Assembly: GCA_965228895.1 (NCBI GenBank)
Contig: OZ245842.1
Location: 3,072,001-3,136,000, forward strand
Direction of reading: 5' to 3'
Source: Alphaproteobacteria bacterium
Lineage (GTDB): Bacteria > Pseudomonadota > Alphaproteobacteria > SP197
Length of the DNA stretch: 64,000 nt
A program made the position numbers and the translations under genes. The notes below the pieces were generated by a model. It searched no databases and had not been told where the DNA came from. It worked only from the letters and a program-made list of their open reading frames with translations. Positions 1-8,894 of this stretch are shown one piece after another; position 1 is the stretch's first letter, and the number at the start of each line of letters is the position of its first letter.

Positions 1-980
1 AGTTGGTTTGCCTCAGGACCGGTAACAGGCGCTTGCTCGATGTCCCTCGGCTGATCGTGGGTCTCATCCACCTTGTCGAGTTCATCAGAATCAAATCCTA
101 TCGCGTGATCTCGATAGCCCTGAATTGGCTCTGATCCGATTGGCTTGGGCGTTGTTACTTGAATGCTTTCCAAAATGGCCTGGCCCATCGTGTAGTGCTT
201 CTTCTTCTCCAGAAAAAACGTTTGATGTTGATATGGTTCAGCTAAGTTTCGCTCGACCTCTCCTTGAAACACCAAAACCCTAATCGTAGCGATGCAAACG
301 GCGTTTGGGCCTACCTCCTGGACGCGCTGCACGATGCCGTTGAAAGTTTCTTCCGGCACGTAAAACTCAAACCACAAGTCACCGGCTTGGCACTGATCGG
401 CCCAGCTCCATTTGAGAACATCGTCATCAACAAAGCCGACAACACCCACTCGGTGGCCATCAATTGCGTGGATGCTAATTGTACCTTTTCCCGACCGAGA
501 AAAACCTGTTGGGGGCTCCCCTCCATCCACAAGCAGGCTCAGCCCTCTATCGTCTTCCAGCGAGCATTTGCCGCGAATGAAGCGCACTCGGCCGCGATCA
601 GGAACGCGGAATCGCTTGTTGAATACATTAACGCGTTGCTCGCGCTCCTTGGCATCCTCCTCAGTTTCTTCTACACCCTCAAAGATCGGTCTCTCACTTA
701 TGAGATCAACAAACTTTTCCCGCTCGTCCTCCGATTTGTTCTCGTCCGCACCGGGTGGTTTTGAGCGGGTGAGGTCGGCCTTTAGATCAGAGCTAGATTC
801 ATTCTCCAAGACCTTAAAGGAATCTGCGATTTGGACGTCATACATACAAACGAATAGAAGTCGCCATTCGGCATACCAATCGAAAGGGCGCTTTCCTTCC
901 TCCCAGTATTCGATGAAATGAAAGTCGTTTTTCTTTTCGAGCCGCTTCCTAAAGTCTGACTTTTGAGTCTCAGCCGCCAT
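1..980 (-). CDS. hypothetical protein (>326 aa, runs off left edge), island cargo
   Basis: Manual translation: ATG at 980 preceded by GGAGG; frame MAAETQKSDFRKRLEKKNDFHFIEYWEEGK... has no stop down to base 1. Absent from ORF track because the stop lies outside the window. Lower GC than backbone. Confidence 0.8.
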   Translation of the reverse strand, partial: MAAETQKSDFRKRLEKKNDFHFIEYWEEGKRPFDWYAEWRLLFVCMYDVQIADSFKVLENESSSDLKADLTRSKPPGADENKSEDEREKFVDLISERPIFEGVEETEEDAKEREQRVNVFNKRFRVPDRGRVRFIRGKCSLEDDRGLSLLVDGGEPPTGFSRSGKGTISIHAIDGHRVGVVGFVDDDVLKWSWADQCQAGDLWFEFYVPEETFNGIVQRVQEVGPNAVCIATIRVLVFQGEVERNLAEPYQHQTFFLEKKKHYTMGQAILESIQVTTPKPIGSEPIQGYRDHAIGFDSDELDKVDETHDQPRDIEQAPVTGPEANQ

Positions 981-1091
981 CGCGAATCGCCTCCACGCGT
1001 AGTGCCTGGCCCTAGTTTAGAGTTCAAGCGGCTTGGCGAAAGCATCGATCTAACTGCAGGCCATCCGGAGCGCTCGACAGAGCCGGTCTTG

Positions 1092-1150
1092 GTGTCCGCC
1101 TTGGGTCATAAGCAGACTTCGATTGAGCTGAAGCATCATGTCTGCTCTTT
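1092..1150. repeat. palindromic element resembling the alphaproteobacterial repeat that translates as MSALGQKRT
   Basis: GTGTCCGCCTTGGGTCATAAGCAGACT followed by CATGTCTGCT; AGCAGAC/GTCTGCT inverted pair; translates VSALGHKQT. Confidence 0.45.
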
Positions 1151-1651
1151 GGTTGTTTCCCGACGTGTTCGCAGGATGAGTTTTTTGTCTTCGAACGACC
1201 GCCGCTCCGAGGTGTCGGCTTGGCGGGTGCGACCCTACTCCATGGATCGACTTTGTTAGTATGAGTTCGTGTCCTTGCCGGCGATTAACCGATAACGTCG
1301 ATCAGCAACCGAATCTGTTTTGTCGTGCGCGTCAGTTTCGATGACGAAGCACGGGGTCTGATATCTTGCCTCAGCACGTCAAGATGTCTGAAAGGAGTTC
1401 TGGGTCGAACTTTGACGCATGCCGAGTTCAAACCGTGTCACGACAGCCATACATGTTGCCGGATTTCTTTCCAGACGATACTAAATCTACTAATCGTCAG
1501 CGACTTTGCGTCAGTGACTTGACACGGTCGGCGGTACTGAACAACGTCATTGCGTGCTGGTGGGGCTAGGTCGGCCACCGAACGGCGCGACGCTCATCCC
1601 GCGCCTGCTCTGCCAGCTTTCGTTTGAATGAGCACATGATCGAGCAACAAC

Positions 1652-2320
1652 ATGACCATGATGACGGACCTGATCGTAGATTCGGGCGGCGCTCCGCATG
1701 TTCTATTGCTAGCTCTGGAGGAAGAGCGCTCAGCAATTGGCCGACCGGACATCTCCGCGCCCGGGGTGGCAATGACATATGGGTGGCTGCCTCGGGCGAC
1801 CGTGACAGCGTTCGACGGCGTCTTCATCGATGCCGGAACCGTCTTGTTCCTTGACCGCGAGCTCGAGGACAAAATCGCGCGCGTCGTGGCGGCGATAGCC
1901 GACGGCACCGATACGCCCGCCCTTCGCGCCCACTTGGTCGCGCTCGAGGCGCAGAAGGCCGAGCTGGCGAGCTCGGTCGGGCCCGACGAGCCGGACGCCG
2001 GCGACGTCGCCCTAATGCCCGACCTTGCCAAGCGCTACCGCGCCAAGGTCGCTATGCTCGAGCAGGCCTTGACCGAGGACCCACGCACGCGCGCCGGCGC
2101 GGCCGAGGAGATCCGCGAGCTCGTCGACTCCATAACGGCAATGCCACGCAACGAGCCCGCGCAATGGGATCTCAAGCTGACCGGCCGTCTCGAAGCGATT
2201 CTGGCGCTCGCTGCTGGAACGCTCGGCGAACGCCGGCACGGTACACAGCGCGAACATGATCGAAAAGGTGTGATAGCGAGTGCGTCCCCAGGGGGACTCG
2301 AACCCCCGTTTTCGGCGTGA
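1652..2320 (+). pseudogene. C-terminal remnant of a large serine recombinase
   Basis: Coiled-coil tail KIARVVAAIADG..ALRAHLVALEAQKAEL..PDLAKRYRAKV..L..AL..AAEEIRELVDSI..P..LKLTGRLEAILALA typical of tRNA-targeting alphaproteobacterial serine integrases; no N-terminal catalytic domain; frame ends inside the antisense tRNA. Confidence 0.7.
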
Positions 2321-2355
2321 GAGGCCGATGTCCTAGGCCACTAGACGATGGGGAC
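2283..2355 (-). tRNA. tRNA-Glu (anticodon CTC), CCA not encoded
   Basis: Reverse complement GTCCCCATCGTCTAGTGGCCTAGGACATCGGCCTCTCACGCCGAAAACGGGGGTTCGAGTCCCCCTGGGGACG; acceptor stem GTCCCCA/TGGGGAC, anticodon arm TCGGC-CTCTCAC-GCCGA, T-loop GTTCGA. Confidence 0.97.
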
Positions 2356-2581
2356 GCAAGACGCCATCGGGCGTGGAATACCTGACATAGTGGCTTCCCT
2401 TGATCCGGTCAACAGGTGCGTGACACGCGGCGTTGGGGTGCCGACACCTGGACGGCGTTGCGGTCGACGGGTTTACGCCCATCGCCTGAACGTGAGCGTT
2501 GGGCGCTTGTCCGATGTCTTCGGCCGTGCGACTATTTTTTCCTGTCATGGCAGGTGGTTGACTGGACTGGAAAGGGAGAGC

Positions 2582-3244
2582 ATGGGCGGTTTGATTGAGT
2601 TTTCGCGTCCCGATGGCGGCAGCACAAAGGGTTATCAGGCGCATGCCGGCGACGGCCGGCCTGGCGTCGTCGTGATTCAGGAATGGTGGGGTCTGAACGA
2701 CCAGATCTGCGGCGTCGCCGACCGCTTCGCACGCGCCGGCTATAACGCCATCGCGCCGGACCTTTATCAGGGCCGGGTCACCACCGTGCCGGACGAAGCC
2801 AACCATATGATGGAAGGCCTCGACTTTCCCGGGGCGACCAACGAAGACCTGCGCGGCGCGGTCCAGCACCTGAAGCAGACCAGCGGCAAGGTCGCGGTGA
2901 TGGGTTTTTGCATGGGCGGCGCGCTGACCATTGCCGCCGCGGTTCATGTGCCGGAGACCGATGCGGCCGTCTGCTTCTACGGCATTCCACCCGCGTCTTT
3001 CGCCGATCCCGCCACCATCAAGGTGCCGTTCCAGGGCCACTTCGCCAATATCGACGACTGGTGCACGCCAGCGGCGGTCGACGAGCTGGAGGCGTCGATG
3101 AAATCCGGTGGCGTCGACTATGAACTCTTTCGTTATGAGGCCCAGCATGCGTTTTTCAACGAGCGGGCCGAGGGCATCTACGACACCGCTTGCGCCAACC
3201 AGGCTTGGGAGCGTATGAGCGCGTTTCTTAGCGGACATCTGTGA
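2582..3244 (+). CDS. dienelactone hydrolase family protein
   Basis: VVVIQEWWGL, GFCMGG nucleophile, HAF; RBS AAGGGAGAG before ATG 2582. Confidence 0.93.
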   Translation: MGGLIEFSRPDGGSTKGYQAHAGDGRPGVVVIQEWWGLNDQICGVADRFARAGYNAIAPDLYQGRVTTVPDEANHMMEGLDFPGATNEDLRGAVQHLKQTSGKVAVMGFCMGGALTIAAAVHVPETDAAVCFYGIPPASFADPATIKVPFQGHFANIDDWCTPAAVDELEASMKSGGVDYELFRYEAQHAFFNERAEGIYDTACANQAWERMSAFLSGHL

Positions 3245-3268
3245 GTGGGCGGAACGGCTGACAACGAC

Positions 3269-4057
3269 ATGACCAATCTGAACGAGACACCGCGGCGTCG
3301 GCGGTCTTGCGCGCCGCTTGCCGTCTTGTGCGGCGCGGCCATGGTGCTGCTCGCCGCGTGTCAGTCACCCAAGACGTCGGCCCAGCTCAGTGACAGCGAC
3401 TATGTCGATAACTTCGAGACGATCGCGTTCTATCGCGAGTTCGACCCCGACAAACGCGCGCGCCGGCTGACGCGCTGGGAAGAGCCCTTGAACGTCGCCC
3501 TGGTCGGCGATGTTACCGATCGTTATCTCGAGTACACCCTGGTGCATCTGGACGAGATATCCGACATGAGCGGGTTGCCCATCAACATCGTCGGGCCTGA
3601 AAACAAGGCGAACGTGGTGGTAATTTTCTCGCCCGACCCCTTCAGACAAGCGGTCACGACCTATCGCGACGTTTACCGGCCCTTCTTTTCCAGCGAACGG
3701 CTGATGGAGAAGCTGACCGCCGAGATGGAGGACCAGGCGACGTGCTACGGCCGCATCGTCACCGCCGACGACCGGCCCAATGAGATCGTGGCGGCCGTCA
3801 TCTTGATCCCGACCGATCTCGGCCGCTTTATCGTGCGCGCCTGCATCATCGAGGAATTGACCCAGGCGATGGGCCTGTTCAACGATTCCGACGATGTCGA
3901 ACCGTCGATTTTCAACGACTCCAGCCCCAACATGGCGCTGACCGACCACGACCGCATCCTGTTCCGCCTGCTTTATGACCGGCGCCTGTCGCCCGGCATG
4001 TCATGGCCGGAGGCCGAGCCGATCGTGCGTCAGGCGGTGACGGAAATCCGCACCTAG
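3269..4057 (+). CDS. DUF2927 domain lipoprotein
   Basis: Lipobox LAAC; ACIIEELTQAMGLFNDS..PSIFND motif. Confidence 0.85.
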   Translation: MTNLNETPRRRRSCAPLAVLCGAAMVLLAACQSPKTSAQLSDSDYVDNFETIAFYREFDPDKRARRLTRWEEPLNVALVGDVTDRYLEYTLVHLDEISDMSGLPINIVGPENKANVVVIFSPDPFRQAVTTYRDVYRPFFSSERLMEKLTAEMEDQATCYGRIVTADDRPNEIVAAVILIPTDLGRFIVRACIIEELTQAMGLFNDSDDVEPSIFNDSSPNMALTDHDRILFRLLYDRRLSPGMSWPEAEPIVRQAVTEIRT

Positions 4058-4142
4058 TTCACAAACCCTCGGATTGTCGAGAGCTGCGCGGCGGCGGAAT
4101 CGTGCGGCCGCGTTCACGGGCATACCGATCAGCGGTTTTGTT

Positions 4143-4161
4143 ATTGCAAGTCATTCGCATT
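4143..4161. promoter_or_regulatory. putative Fur-family (alphaproteobacterial Fur/Mur-type) operator
   Basis: ATTGCAAGTCATTCGCATT, an imperfect 19-bp TGC-N9-GCA palindrome about 45 bp upstream of an iron-regulated imelysin gene. Confidence 0.6.
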
Positions 4162-4204
4162 TGCGTTTAAGACTCCCCGTCAACGACCACCTGTGGGGAC
4201 AACC

Positions 4205-5470
4205 ATGCGAAAGACCAGTCTTGCCGTCGCCGCGGCGGCTGCCCTGTGGACGGCGCCTGCCCTGGCCGATGTCGATACCAACGCCGTTCTGACGACCTAT
4301 GCCGATATCGCCGAAGCGACCTATGCCGACTCGCTGCTGCGCGCCGAACAGTTGCACAACGCCGTCGAGACGCTGGCCGCCTTGCCCGACGAGCGTCATC
4401 TGAACGAGGCCCGCGAGGCCTGGCGTCAGGCCCGCGTGCCCTATCAGCAGTCCGAGGCCTATCGTTTCGGCAACCCCCTGGTCGACGATTGGGAAGGCCG
4501 CGTCAACGCTTGGCCGCTGGATGAAGGTTTGATCGATTACGTCGAGACGATCAGCTACGGCGAAGAATCCGACGAGAACCCCTATTACACCGCCAACGTG
4601 GTCGCCAACGCACAGCTGCGCATCGGTGGCGTCGAGATCGACGCGACGACCATCGACATGGCGCTCTTGCAGGAACTGCACGAAATCGACGGCGTCGAAG
4701 CCAATGTCTCGACCGGTTATCACGCCATCGAGTTCATGCTGTGGGGCCAGGATCTCTACGGCACCGGCCCCGGCGCCGGCGATCGTCCGGCGACCGACTT
4801 CGATTCCGCCAACTGCACCGGCGGCAACTGCGACCGGCGCGCGGCCTACCTGCTGGCCGCGAGCGAGCTCTTAATCGAAGACCTCAAGGAGATGGTTGCG
4901 CAGTGGGGCGCCGATGGCGCCGCCCGCGCCGCGGTGATGGAAGGCGGCCCCGAACAGGGTCTTTCCATGATGCTGACCGGCTTGGGCAGCCTGAGCTATG
5001 GCGAGCTGGCCGGCGAGCGCATGAAGCTTGGCCTGATGCTGCACGATCCCGAAGAGGAGCATGACTGCTTTTCCGACAACACCCACTGGTCCCACTTCTA
5101 TGACCAGCAAGGCATGGTGAACGTCTATAACGGCCACTACACCCGCGTCGACGGCTCGGTCGTCTCCGGCCCGAGCCTGGCAGACCTGGTGAGCGCCACC
5201 GACCCGGAGGCCAACGCGGCCATGCAGGCGGCGCTGAGCGCGACCAACGCGGCGATGCTGGAAATGGTCAAGACGGCGGAAGCCGGCAAGGCCTATGACC
5301 AGATGCTGGCCGAAGGCGATGACGCCGGCAACATGCTGGTCGAGAACGTCGTGAGCGCGTTGAGCACGCAGACACGCGCGATCGAAAACGTGGTTGCGTC
5401 CTTGGATCTCGGTTCGATCGAGATCGAAGGCTCTGACAGCCTTGGCGATCCTGACGCCGTCTTCCAGTAA
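4205..5470 (+). CDS. imelysin family (peptidase M75) iron-regulated protein, IrpA-like
   Basis: Signal peptide; NAWPLDEGLIDYV, TGYHAIEF, EEEHDCFSDNT motifs. Confidence 0.93.
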   Translation: MRKTSLAVAAAAALWTAPALADVDTNAVLTTYADIAEATYADSLLRAEQLHNAVETLAALPDERHLNEAREAWRQARVPYQQSEAYRFGNPLVDDWEGRVNAWPLDEGLIDYVETISYGEESDENPYYTANVVANAQLRIGGVEIDATTIDMALLQELHEIDGVEANVSTGYHAIEFMLWGQDLYGTGPGAGDRPATDFDSANCTGGNCDRRAAYLLAASELLIEDLKEMVAQWGADGAARAAVMEGGPEQGLSMMLTGLGSLSYGELAGERMKLGLMLHDPEEEHDCFSDNTHWSHFYDQQGMVNVYNGHYTRVDGSVVSGPSLADLVSATDPEANAAMQAALSATNAAMLEMVKTAEAGKAYDQMLAEGDDAGNMLVENVVSALSTQTRAIENVVASLDLGSIEIEGSDSLGDPDAVFQ

Positions 5471-5487
5471 GGAGGCGGCGATCGACG

Positions 5488-5530
5488 AGGGCCGGACACA
5501 CTTATGCCCCTTTGCGTGTCCGGCCCTTTT
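5488..5530 (+). terminator. stem-loop with U-tract between imelysin and di-heme oxidoreductase
   Basis: AGGGCCGGACAC ... GTGTCCGGCCCT 12-bp stem followed by T run. Confidence 0.7.
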
Positions 5531-5546
5531 CGCCTAACGAAACACC

Positions 5547-7031
5547 ATGCGCGCCTTCATCCTTGTCACGCTTCTGGCTCTCGTCGGTCTCTATGCGGCG
5601 GCTATCGCCAGTACGCCGGGCGAGGAGAACGCCGCCATCGTCGCACCGACGACGGACTTCACGGCCGCCGAGCGCTACGAGACCAATCAGGGCGGCGCCG
5701 GTACGTTTCGCGGCACCATCAACGCCAACGTCTTTTCCCAGCCGTCGAGCAACATCACGTCCGAACAGCGCCTGTTGTTTTCGGTCGGCAACGGTTTCTT
5801 CAAGCGTGTCTGGGTGACCGCACCGGCATCGACCCGATCGGCGGACGGTCTGGGCCCGCTCTATAACGCGCGCGCCTGTCAGCGGTGCCACCTGAAAGAC
5901 GGCCGCGGTCATCCGCCGTCGGCCAACTGGCCTGAAGACAACGCGATCTCCATGTTCCTGCGCCTCAGCATTCCACCGCAAACCGACGAGCATATCGCGT
6001 TGCTGGAGAGCGGCCAGGCCAACGTGATCCCCGAGCCGACCTATGGCGGCCAACTGCAGGACTTCGCCATCGGCGGTCTGGCGGGTGAAGGGCGCATGGT
6101 CGTGACCTATGAGGAGTTCCCGGTCGAGTTGGCCGGCGGCGAAATCGTCATGCTGCGCGCGCCGACCTATGAGATCAGCGACCTCGGCTATGGCGCAATG
6201 CATCCCGACGTCATGATGTCGCCGCGCGTCGCACCGCAGATGATTGGCCTTGGTCTCCTGGAAGCCATCGACCCCGACGACATCCTGGCGCAGGCTGACC
6301 CAAACGACACCAACGGCGATGGCATTTCCGGGCGCCCCAACATGGTGTGGAGCAAGGAATTGGGCGACGTCACCCTGGGCCGGTTCGGCTGGAAAGCAGG
6401 CGAGCCCTTCTTGAACCAGCAGAACAGTCACGCCTTTACCGGCGATGTCGGCCTGTCGACACCGCTTTCGCCCTATGCCTGGGGCGATTGCACCGAGAGC
6501 CAGAGCGCGTGTCTTTCCGCACCCCATGGCAACGACGACGATGGGCACGAAGCGACCGCCGAGATGATGGAGCTGATGCTGTTCTATACCCGCAACCTCG
6601 CGGTGCCTGCGCGCCGCGATGTCGACGATCCCGCCGTCCTGGCTGGCAAGCAACTGTTCTACGAGACCGGCTGCGTCGCCTGCCACACGCCGAAATACGT
6701 CACCATGACGTTGGACGATCGCCCGGAGCTGTCGCACCAGTTGATCTGGCCCTATACGGACCTTCTGCTGCACGACATGGGCGAAGGTCTGGCCGACGGC
6801 AGGCCGGAAGGCCGCGCCTCCGGCAGTGAATGGCGGACGCCGCCGCTGTGGGGCATCGGCCTGACCGAGACGGTCAGCGGCCACACCTTCTTTCTGCACG
6901 ATGGGCGCGCCCGCAACCTGACCGAAGCGATCCTGTGGCATGGCGGCGAAGCACAGGAGGCGCGTGACAGTTTCGCCGCAATGGACCAGGAAGACCGCAC
7001 CGCCCTGCTGCGCTTCTTGGATTCGCTCTAG
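5547..7031 (+). CDS. di-heme oxidoreductase family protein (DHOR/DUF1111)
   Basis: Two CxxCH (CQRCH, CVACH), GLGPLYN, GRFGWKA, WRTPPLWGIG, LHDGRAR. Confidence 0.93.
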   Translation: MRAFILVTLLALVGLYAAAIASTPGEENAAIVAPTTDFTAAERYETNQGGAGTFRGTINANVFSQPSSNITSEQRLLFSVGNGFFKRVWVTAPASTRSADGLGPLYNARACQRCHLKDGRGHPPSANWPEDNAISMFLRLSIPPQTDEHIALLESGQANVIPEPTYGGQLQDFAIGGLAGEGRMVVTYEEFPVELAGGEIVMLRAPTYEISDLGYGAMHPDVMMSPRVAPQMIGLGLLEAIDPDDILAQADPNDTNGDGISGRPNMVWSKELGDVTLGRFGWKAGEPFLNQQNSHAFTGDVGLSTPLSPYAWGDCTESQSACLSAPHGNDDDGHEATAEMMELMLFYTRNLAVPARRDVDDPAVLAGKQLFYETGCVACHTPKYVTMTLDDRPELSHQLIWPYTDLLLHDMGEGLADGRPEGRASGSEWRTPPLWGIGLTETVSGHTFFLHDGRARNLTEAILWHGGEAQEARDSFAAMDQEDRTALLRFLDSL

Positions 7032-7189
7032 AGGCCATCATCGCCGGCGCGTTCGATCTGATCCTGCGACTCAATAGCCTCGAGGGCGACACGTCACGGC
7101 GACGCGGTTGACGGGGCTCGCGCGGTCCTGTCACCTTCCTGGGCGACATGCCCGTAGCGCTAGAGGGCGTATTCAGGGGGGCGTCACCC

Positions 7190-8752
7190 ATGCCGTTTGC
7201 CGGACCGGCCTTGCCGGGACCTGCTGATCTGACCGATCTGCTGGCGACCGCATTGGCAGACAAACCGGACGAGACCGCCCTGGCCTCGCCGACGAGGGTC
7301 TGGACGTGGCGAGAGCTGGAGCGCGAGATCGACACGCTCGCGGCGCATCTCGTCGCAATGGGGTTGCGTCGTGGCGACCGGGTCGCTTCGCTGATGCCCA
7401 ACCGCGGCGAACTTCTGCTGCACTACCTCGCCTGCCTCAGGGCCGGCCTGATCGTGACGCCGTTGAACTACCGCTATACGGCGCCCGAGATCGATTACGC
7501 CCTGGACATGAGCGGCGCCGCGATCCTGCTCACGCACGCCGACCGCGCCGACGATGTCCGGGCAAGCGCCCTGGCCGGTGAATTGCCGTTGGGCATCATC
7601 GCCTTTGGCGGCCCGCTGGAGGGCGCGGGACAATTGGAGGACTTGATCGCAGGCCGAAGGCCGTCTGTCGACCTCCCTGATCCCGATATCCACGCGCCCG
7701 CCCTCGTGTTCTTCACATCCGGCAGCACCGGCAAGCCAAAGGGCGTGACCCACAGCCTCGCGTCGTTCGGCTCGGTCGTCGCGGGTTGGTCTCGCGCCAT
7801 GGCGGTGACAGGTGAGGACGTGGTGTTTCCCGGCGGTTCGATCGCGCATGTCGGATCGCTGGTTACGGCCTTTGCCGCGTTTGCGGCGGGCTCCGGCGTG
7901 GTCGTTGCCCACAGCGTCGATGGCGATGAGATCCTGTCACTGCTGCGCGACAACCGGCCGAGCGTTCTTGTCAGCTTGCCGTCGGCGCTGATCGACCTGG
8001 AACGCGATCACGGCGCGACACGAGAGGATTTTGCTTCCCTGCGCCTTTGCATCAGCGGCGGCGACAAGTTTCCTGCCAGTGTCGAGAAGGAGTTCACCGA
8101 TCGCACGGGATTGGTCATCAATGAGACCTATGGCCTGACCGAAGCGACCGGCTGTCTGTTCAATCTCTCTCAACCGGTCGCCAAGGCCGGGTCTACAGGT
8201 ACGGTTACCCCCGGATTTACGCTCAGCATCCGCGACGACAGCGGTCAGGAGGTGCCAGCGGATGTCGACGGCAAACTCGGGGTCAGCGGCGCGCCGGTGA
8301 TGATCGGTTACTGGAACAATCCCCAAGCGACCGAGGCGGCGCTTGTCGACGGTTGGTTCGACACGGGCGACGTCATGCGTGTCGATGGCGACGGCTACTT
8401 CTGGTTTCGCGGCCGCAAGAAGCAGATCATTGTTCACGACGGTTCCAACATCGCGCCGCAGGACATCGAGGAAGTCGTCATGGGCCATCCGGCGGTAGAT
8501 CTCGCCGGCGTCGTCGGCGTCCATGACGAGGTGCACGGTGAGAACGTCTGGGCCTATGTGACATTGATTGACGGAGTCGATAGGCCCCGCAACCAGGACA
8601 TCATCCGCTTCGCAAGAGATAGGGTTGGCTACAAGGCGCCGGAGGTGATCCTTGTGCTGGATACCATGCCCGTTAACCCGGCCGGCAAGGTCGACCGGTT
8701 GGCTTTGAAGAAAATGGCCGCAGAGAGGGTGTCCGCGGAACATCTGCACTGA
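7190..8752 (+). CDS. AMP-binding enzyme (acyl-CoA synthetase-like)
   Basis: FTSGSTGKPKGV, YGLTE, DTGD, GKVDR adenylation motifs. Confidence 0.9.
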   Translation: MPFAGPALPGPADLTDLLATALADKPDETALASPTRVWTWRELEREIDTLAAHLVAMGLRRGDRVASLMPNRGELLLHYLACLRAGLIVTPLNYRYTAPEIDYALDMSGAAILLTHADRADDVRASALAGELPLGIIAFGGPLEGAGQLEDLIAGRRPSVDLPDPDIHAPALVFFTSGSTGKPKGVTHSLASFGSVVAGWSRAMAVTGEDVVFPGGSIAHVGSLVTAFAAFAAGSGVVVAHSVDGDEILSLLRDNRPSVLVSLPSALIDLERDHGATREDFASLRLCISGGDKFPASVEKEFTDRTGLVINETYGLTEATGCLFNLSQPVAKAGSTGTVTPGFTLSIRDDSGQEVPADVDGKLGVSGAPVMIGYWNNPQATEAALVDGWFDTGDVMRVDGDGYFWFRGRKKQIIVHDGSNIAPQDIEEVVMGHPAVDLAGVVGVHDEVHGENVWAYVTLIDGVDRPRNQDIIRFARDRVGYKAPEVILVLDTMPVNPAGKVDRLALKKMAAERVSAEHLH

Positions 8753-8894
8753 TGTCACGTACGCCGGGTCGGACTTGCCGTAACGCCAGCTACTGAAGAG
8801 ACCGACAGTCCAGAGCCTTGACTCGCTCGGGCTGACCATGCCTAGTCGAACAACGATCTATCGGGCGGAACGGATCACCTCGGGGGGCGATGTC

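Larger units (their letters stand above)
1..2282. mobile_element. right end of a genomic island integrated at tRNA-Glu
   Basis: Lower-GC orphan DNA plus recombinase remnant abutting the tRNA 3' end. Confidence 0.65.

Noticed and set aside
264-921. Plus-strand ORFs 264-764 and 412-921
   Set aside because: Antisense shadows of the longer minus-strand ORF with an RBS at 980
2348-2581. N-terminal extension of the dienelactone hydrolase
   Set aside because: Overlaps the tRNA and its upstream region; the real start with an RBS is at 2582
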